From contig JAPMXV010000046.1 in NCBI GenBank assembly GCA_026936335.1, forward strand, positions 372,001 through 436,000: a DNA stretch of 64,000 nucleotides. Direction: 5' to 3'. Both the position numbers and the translations under genes were made by a program. Positions 58,156-64,000 of this stretch are shown here, piece by piece (the stretch's first letter is position 1; the number at the start of each line of letters is the position of its first letter). The notes below the pieces were generated by a model. The model was not told the DNA's origin. It was given only the letters and a program-made list of their open reading frames with translations, and did no database searches. The stretch is from Mantamonas sphyraenae STR306. Taxonomy: Eukaryota > Protista > CRuMs.

Positions 58156-61100
58156 TAGTGGGGTAGACTGCAGGTGGACAGATTGTGAACAGAGATTGGG
58201 TGTGTGTGTGCTGTGAAGGCGGGATGTGAAGGCGGGAAAGAAGTGGCTGCTCCTTGTCCTCTGTGTGCGGGGATGCATCCAACGCATATTGCACACACGT
58301 ACAGTTCAGAACATTCATAGGGTAGGGAGGGCAGGGGTATCGGGGACTTGTGCACGTGTGTGGGTGGGATAGAGGGAGACGCGGAACCGGGAGGGTACTG
58401 ACTCATGGAATCGAAGAAGTATGAGCTTAAACGAAGATGAATGGGTGGAATTGTTGCAGAGCGGGGACCATGGGCAGATTGTGGAAGCTTTGGAGGCGGA
58501 GGGAACGGTGAGTTGGCGGAAAGAAATCGAGAGGGAGTTTTGGTTGATCGTCGCACAAGGGGAAGGGAAGGAGGGATGGGGGTAGGGTGGATGTGATGGT
58601 GAGTACGCAGGGTGGAACGCGTGTTGACACAACACACACAGAAATTGGACGTTCACAGCAGTGACCTGGGAGACAAAGAAGCAGTGGCACTTGCGCGGGC
58701 ACTCGCTCAGAACGGCAGCTTGCAGACACTGATCCTCGACAGCAACAGGATCGAGGCAGAAGGGGCCGCAGCACTGGCGCAGGCACTGAGTGAGAACAGC
58801 AGCTTGCAGACACTGAGTCTCTGGGACAACAGCCTCGGGGACAAAGGAGTTGCGGCACTGGCACAAGGACTGGGCGAGAACAGCAGCTTGCAGACACTAC
58901 ACCTCGGAAACAACAGCATCGGGGCAGAAGGCGCAGCAGCACTGGGGCAGGCACTGAGTGAGAACAGCAGCTTGCAGAGACTGGACCTCGGCGACAATAG
59001 CATCGGGGCAGAAGGCGCAGCAGCTCTGGGGCAGGGACTGAGCGAGAACAGCAGATTGCAGATACTGGTGCTCGGAACCAACAGCATCGGTCCAAAAGGA
59101 GCAGCAGCACTGGCGCAGGCACTGAGTGAGAACAGCAGCTTGCTGACACTGTACCTTGCCTGGAACAACTTTGGGGACAAAGGCGCAACAGCCCTGCGGC
59201 AGGGGCTGAGTGAGAACAGCAGCTTGCAGATGCTGTACCTCGGCTACAACAGCATCGGAGACGAAGGAGCAGCAGCACTTGCACAGGCACTGACTGAGAA
59301 CAACAGCTTGCAGACACTGAGTCTCCGTATCAACGAAATCGGGGACGAAGGAGCAGCCGCACTGGGGCAGGCACTGAGTGGGTTGCGCAGCTTGCAGACA
59401 CTCGACCTCGAGTGCAACAACATTGGCAACGAAGGAGCAGCAGCACTGGCTCAGGTACTTGGGGAGAACAGTAGCTTGCAGACTTTGTACCTCGACAGCA
59501 ACAACATCGGTGACGAAGGAGAAGCATCATTGGTGCAGGCAATGGAAGGCAATCGGTCGTGCTGGAGCATCGACGTCGCTGACAACGATGCGTTGCAGTC
59601 GCTGTTGGAGAGGAACCGGGATCAGCATGTGGAGTTTGTGGAGTGTGGGGAGGTGGAGACGATGAGAGAGTTGATGGAGTGGGGTGTGCCTGTGGACACG
59701 TTTGCAGGGGAAGGTGGGACGATGACTGCGCTGGAGAGAGCAGTGAAGCGAGGGGATGAGAGGATTGTGGAGGTGTTGCGGGAGTGGGGAGCGCAGCCGA
59801 GGAAGCAAACGGTGGACATGGTGAGGAGGGTAGGGTGGAGGAAGGAGTGGCATTGGATTGGATGGGGTGGGCAGGTGGATGAGGCGATGGAGGTGGCGTT
59901 GGTGATGAATGGGGAGGAGAGGGAGGTGATGTTTCAGTGTGGAGGGATGGAGGAGTATGTGGAGGAGGGAGGGTGGGGAGGGTGGGTGACAATGCCAGAT
60001 GAGGTGATGGAGAGGGTGGTTGAGTGGATGGGGAGGGGTGCGGAATGAAGGGGTGGTTCATTCGAGGCGCTGGCGTTTGGAGGATGAGGACGAGGAGTGG
60101 GCAGGAGGCGTGGTGGAGCCCACAGGGGTGGTGGAACGCCGTCCTACTGTGGATGGTGGCTTAGTGGGGTTAAATGAAGGTGGACAGATTGTGAACAGAG
60201 ATTGGGTGTGTGTGTGCTGTGAACGCGGGATGTGAAGGCGGGAAAGGAGTGGCTGCCTCATGTCCTCTGTGCGGGGGTGCATCCAACGCATATTGCACGC
60301 ACGTACAGTTCAGAACATTCATAGGGTAGGGAAGAGCGGGGGTATCGGGGACTTGTGCACGTGTGTGGGTGGGATAGAGAGAGACGCGGAGGAATGGGAG
60401 GAACCGGGAGGGCACTGACTCATGGAATCGAAGAAGTATGAGCTTAAACGAAGATGAATGGGTGGAATTGTTGCAGAGCGGGGACCATGGGCAGATTGTG
60501 GAAGCTTTGGAGGCGGAGGGAACGGTGAGTTGGCGGAAAGAAATCGAGAGGGAGTTTTGGTTGATCGTCGCACAAGGGGAAGGGAAGGAGGGATGGGGGT
60601 AGGGTGGATGTGATGGTGAGTACGCAGGGTGGAACGTGTGTTGACACAACACACACAGAAATTGGACGTTCGAAGTACTGAGCTGGGAGACAAAGAAGCA
60701 GTGGCACTTGCGCGGGCACTCGCTCAGAACGGCAGCTTGCAGACACTGATCCTCGACAGCAACAGGATCGAGGCAGAAGGGGCAGCAGCACTGGCGCAGG
60801 CACTGAGTGAGAACAGCAGCTTGCAGACACTGAGTCTCTGGGACAACAGCCTCGGGGACAAAGGAGTTGCGGCACTGGCACAGGGACTGGGCGAGAACAG
60901 CAGCTTGCAGACACTACACCTCGGAAACAACAGCATCGGGGCAGAAGGCGCAGCAGCTCTGGGGCAGGGACTGAGTGAGAACAGCAGGTTGCAGACACTG
61001 GACCTCGGCGACAATAGCATCGGGGCAGAAGGCGCAGCAGCACTGGCGCAGGGACTGAGTGAGAACAGCAGCTTGCAGAGACTGGAACTCGACAGCAACG

Positions 61101-62560
61101 ACATCGGGGTAGAAGGCGCAGCGGAACTCGGTCAGGCCCTAAGTGCGAACAGCAGCTTGCAGATACTGATGCTCGGACACAACAGCATCGGGGCTGAAGG
61201 AGCAGCAGCACTTGGGCAGGGACTGAGTGAGAACAGCAGCTTGCAGACACTGCACCTTGTTAGCAACAACTTTGGGGACAAAGGCACAGCAGCCCTGCGG
61301 CAGGGGCTAAGTGAGAACAGCAGCTTACAGACGCTGTACCTTGGACGTAATAGCATCGGGGCAGAAGGAGCAGCCGCACTGGGGCAGGCCCTCTGTGAGA
61401 ACAGCAGCTTGCAAACACTGTACCTTGGTAGCAACAACGTCGGGGCACAAGGCGCAGCAGGACTTGCGCTGGCACTGTATGGGAACACGACCTTGCAGAC
61501 GCTGAGCCTCTTCCAAAACAGCATCGGGGCAGAAGGAGCTGCAGCACTGGCGCAGGCACTGAATGAGAACAGCAGCTTGCAGACGTTGAACCTCTGGGAC
61601 AACAGCATCGGGGCAGAAGGCACAGCAGCACTTGCGCAGGCACTGAGTGGGAGCAGTCGCCTGCGGACACTGTACCTCGACAGCAACAGCATCGGAGCAG
61701 AGGGCGCAGCAGCACTGGGGCGGGCACTGAGTGAGAACAGCAGCTTGCAGACGCTGCACCTCGAAAACAACAGCATCGGGGACGAAGGAGCAGCAGCACT
61801 GGGGAAGGCACTGAGTGAGAACACCTGCATGCAGACACTGTACCTCGAGGGGAACGACATCGGGGCAAACGGTGCTGCAGCACTTGCGCAGGGACTGAGG
61901 GAGAACAGCGGCTTGCATACACTGAGTCTCTGGGACAACAGCATCGGGACAGAAGGAGCAGCAGCACTCGGGCAAGCACTGAGTGCGAACAACAGCGTGC
62001 AGACCCTGAACATCGATGACAACACCATTGGAGTACAGGGAGCAGAAGCTCTTGCTCAGGCGATGAATGGCAATCGGTCCTGCTGGAAAGTGTACGGCGT
62101 TCGCAATGACGCGTTGCGGTCGCTGGTGGAGAGAAACAAGAAGCAGCATGTGCAGTTTGTGGAGTGTGGGGACGTGGAGAAGATGAGAGAGTTGAGAGAG
62201 TGGGGTGTGCCTGTGGACACATTTGCAGGGGAGAGAGGGAGGAAGAATGCGCTGGAGAGGGCTGTGAAGGGAGGGGAGGAGAGGTTGGTCGAGGTGTTGC
62301 GGGCGTGGGGTGCGCAGCCGAGGATGGAAACGGTGGCGATCGTGAGGGAGGAAGGGTGGAGAAAGGCGTGGCATTGGATTGGATGGGGTGGACAGGTGGA
62401 GGAGGCGATGGAGGTGGCATTGGTGATGAATGGGGAGGAGAGGGAGGCGATGTTTGCGTGTGGAGGGATGGAGGAGTATGTGGAGGAGGGAGGGTGGGAG
62501 GGGTGGGTGACGCTGCCAGATGAGGTGATGGAGAGGGTGATTGGGTGGGTGGGGAGGGGT
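58156..62560 (+). repeat. Tandem segmental duplication (~58156..60050 vs ~60162..62560) covering upstream region, exon 1, intron and LRR gene
   Basis: AGGTGGACAGATTGTGAACAGAGATTGGG occurs at 58172 and 60178. Near-identity continues through LRR 4, then the copies diverge. Confidence 0.95.
58421..60048 (+). CDS. RI-type/NLRC3-like LRR protein, copy 1: 11 LRRs, ankyrin-like repeat, C-terminal F-box/SOCS-box-like motif; intron 58508..58641
   Basis: MSLNEDEWVELLQ..EGT|KLDV. 28-aa repeats LQTLxLxxNxIGxEGAAALAQALSENSS, then TALERAVKRGDERIVEVLREWGA and WVTMPDEVMERVVEW. Confidence 0.88.
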
Positions 62561-62671
62561 GCTGCACCGGCAAGGGTCGCTGTGGGGAAGTCAGGGGAGA
62601 CGAGGAAGCGAGGGAGAGATGAGGAGGAAGGGGAGGTGGAGGAAAAGAGGCACCGTGTGGAAGAGAGGTGA
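60438..62671 (+). CDS. RI-type/NLRC3-like LRR protein, copy 2: 17 LRRs, ankyrin-like repeat, F-box/SOCS-box-like motif, basic tail; intron 60525..60658
   Basis: Exon 1 and intron match copy 1. 84-nt repeats, NALERAVKGGEERLVEVLRAWGA, WVTLPDEVMERVIGW and the NLS-like RKRGR..KRHR. Confidence 0.88.
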
Positions 62672-62689
62672 ACAGTGGGGTGTGATCAG

Positions 62690-64000
62690 CATGAGGAATG
62701 TACGTTCTTTTGAAGGGATAGGGGTCGAGTGGGGCAAAGGGTTCATTCGAGGCGTTGGCGTTGGAGGAGGAGGAGGAGGAGGAGAAGGAGGAGGATGAAG
62801 GGTCTTTGCGCTTGGGAAGGGTGAAGGAGGGGATGGGGTAGGCGTTGACGAGTGCGGTGGTGGTGGGGCGTGTGGTGATGTGGGGTGTGATGCGGTCGAT
62901 GAGGGTGTGGAGGAGGGTGTGCAGTGTGGCGTCGCTGGGTTTGGGGATGTCGAGCCAGGCGATCTTGAGGGAGAGGGCGGTGACGCCGCGAGTGAGGGTG
63001 TTGCTGATGGCAACTTGAACCTGCTGGTAGGTGACGTGGGGCCTGAGGAGGCGGACAAAGAAGGCCAGGTCGGCAGGCGGCACGCCAACGTTGCCCAGCG
63101 CCAGGATGATGTGTCGCACCAGGGACACCAGGCTGCCGTTGTTGACCAGCTCACGAAGTTTACGGTTCTCGAGTGCGTACTGATGGCGAGGGTGCTTGGC
63201 TGCGCGTGCCTTCATGTGTGCCAGCAGCGTCTGGAACTCCCGCGCCGTGCAGCTGCTCCGCTCGTCGTTGTGCACGTGTGTGCTCCAGCCACTGCGCATC
63301 GGCTCTGGATGCCACGTTTCCACCTTGGTGGTGGTGAGGTGGTGGTCGTAGTCGCATTGTGTCCAGTGTGGGTCGCTGTCGTTGTCAGCAGGGCGTCGTG
63401 CTTTCTGCAGCCACAGCTGGGTCTGCTTGTGCTCCTTCCATGTGGTGGGCTGGGACCTGTTGCAAAGTGTGTCCATCTCTGTCATGAGCATGTGGAGGAG
63501 AGCGTAGTTGGGGTCGCCGTGGTCGTGCGGTTCCTCCAGCCAGCACACCTTCAACCCAGCCTTGGTCACACCCATGGCCAGACCAGCGTTGTCGATGGCA
63601 AGGCTGCACGCGCGTTGATCCATGTCACGGCCGAGAAGGGTGAGGCAGAAGGCCATGTCGCCCTGGGATAGGGGAATGTTGCCCAGAGCGAGCTGAATCT
63701 GTCGGACCAGCGTCAACGTGGTGCCATGGCAGACCACAACACGTGCCTGCAGGGTCATGATGTCGGGGATGTCGTCGATGGGATGCTCGTTGGCCAGGGT
63801 GTGCATGTGGTTCAGCAGTGCCGTGTGCTCCTTCATGTTGCTGTGGCTGCGCTCGTCACTGCGCCAGTACGTCCAGCCACTGCGCACAACACCATCTGGC
63901 AGTCCATCCTCCACGGCCATCTTCTCCTCCTCTGTGGGCTCTGGAAGATCAAGTTTGGGGATGCGGAGGGCGTTGACGGCGACGACGGTGGTGGGACGGG
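62690..64000 (-). CDS. Partial hypothetical protein made of at least two (probably three or more) copies of an unrecognised ~150-190 aa domain; 5' end outside window, true 3' end uncertain
   Basis: Repeated RSGW..DERS..LL.HM..A..HP..LVR.I.LALGN..D.AF..LL..AI.N..GVT..LK..WL..P..LLH.L. The frame is open to the window edge. Confidence 0.7.

Noticed and set aside
58642-62080. 84-nt periodic repeats resembling a CRISPR or satellite array
   Set aside because: They are in-frame 28-aa LRR coding units, with no unique spacers and no cas genes.
61260-62690. C-terminal part of the 886-aa minus-strand ORF overlapping LRR copy 2
   Set aside because: It is the antisense translation of the LRR/ankyrin sequence (repeated SASCCSHSVPAP). 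The real gene probably ends near 62.7 kb through an intron or indel I cannot place.
1-64000. Alternative genetic code or stop readthrough as the cause of broken ORFs
   Set aside because: The breaks are frame changes rather than in-frame stops, and TGA, TAG and TAA all end conserved proteins at the expected positions.
1-64000. tRNA, rRNA, snRNA, riboswitch, transposase or U12-type introns
   Set aside because: No cloverleaf, rRNA motif, RT/DDE signature or GTATCCTT/ATATCCTT donor was recognised by eye. A tRNAscan or Rfam run is needed to exclude small RNAs.

Overview
Very gene-dense, GC-rich eukaryotic nuclear DNA using the standard code, with mostly short GT-AG introns. It probably comes from a flagellated protist, since it carries CEP164-like, FOP/CEP43 and lebercilin-like genes. 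About 26 protein genes sit mostly in alternating head-to-head and tail-to-tail pairs, with ATG-to-ATG gaps often only about 60-200 nt. Recognisable genes: ACOT9-like thioesterase, FIBP, RINT1/TIP20, FOP, lebercilin-like, a folate-receptor-domain protein, OGFOD1, tomosyn/Lgl, a RhoGAP, a ZIP7-like transporter, COPS4, RRP9, a large NHL/EGF/multi-TM receptor and biotin protein ligase. Most notable: (1) two tandem LRR-ankyrin-box genes (11 and 17 LRRs) with shuffled repeat modules and hypervariable surface residues, next to an unrecognised repeat-domain gene; (2) an RWD-like x3 + pseudo-E2 + UFD1 + TRAF-zinc-finger fusion; (3) an uninterrupted 2463-codon orphan ORF ending in a degenerate ATP-grasp fold, whose ATG overlaps the RRP9 stop; (4) a gustatory-receptor-like 7TM channel; (5) two paralogues of an unrecognised multi-TM family. 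Eight single-base frameshifts in the left 28 kb are most likely assembly errors but can be tested. No rRNA, tRNA, CRISPR array or transposase was recognised. All domain calls come from recognising motifs by eye, not from database searches.
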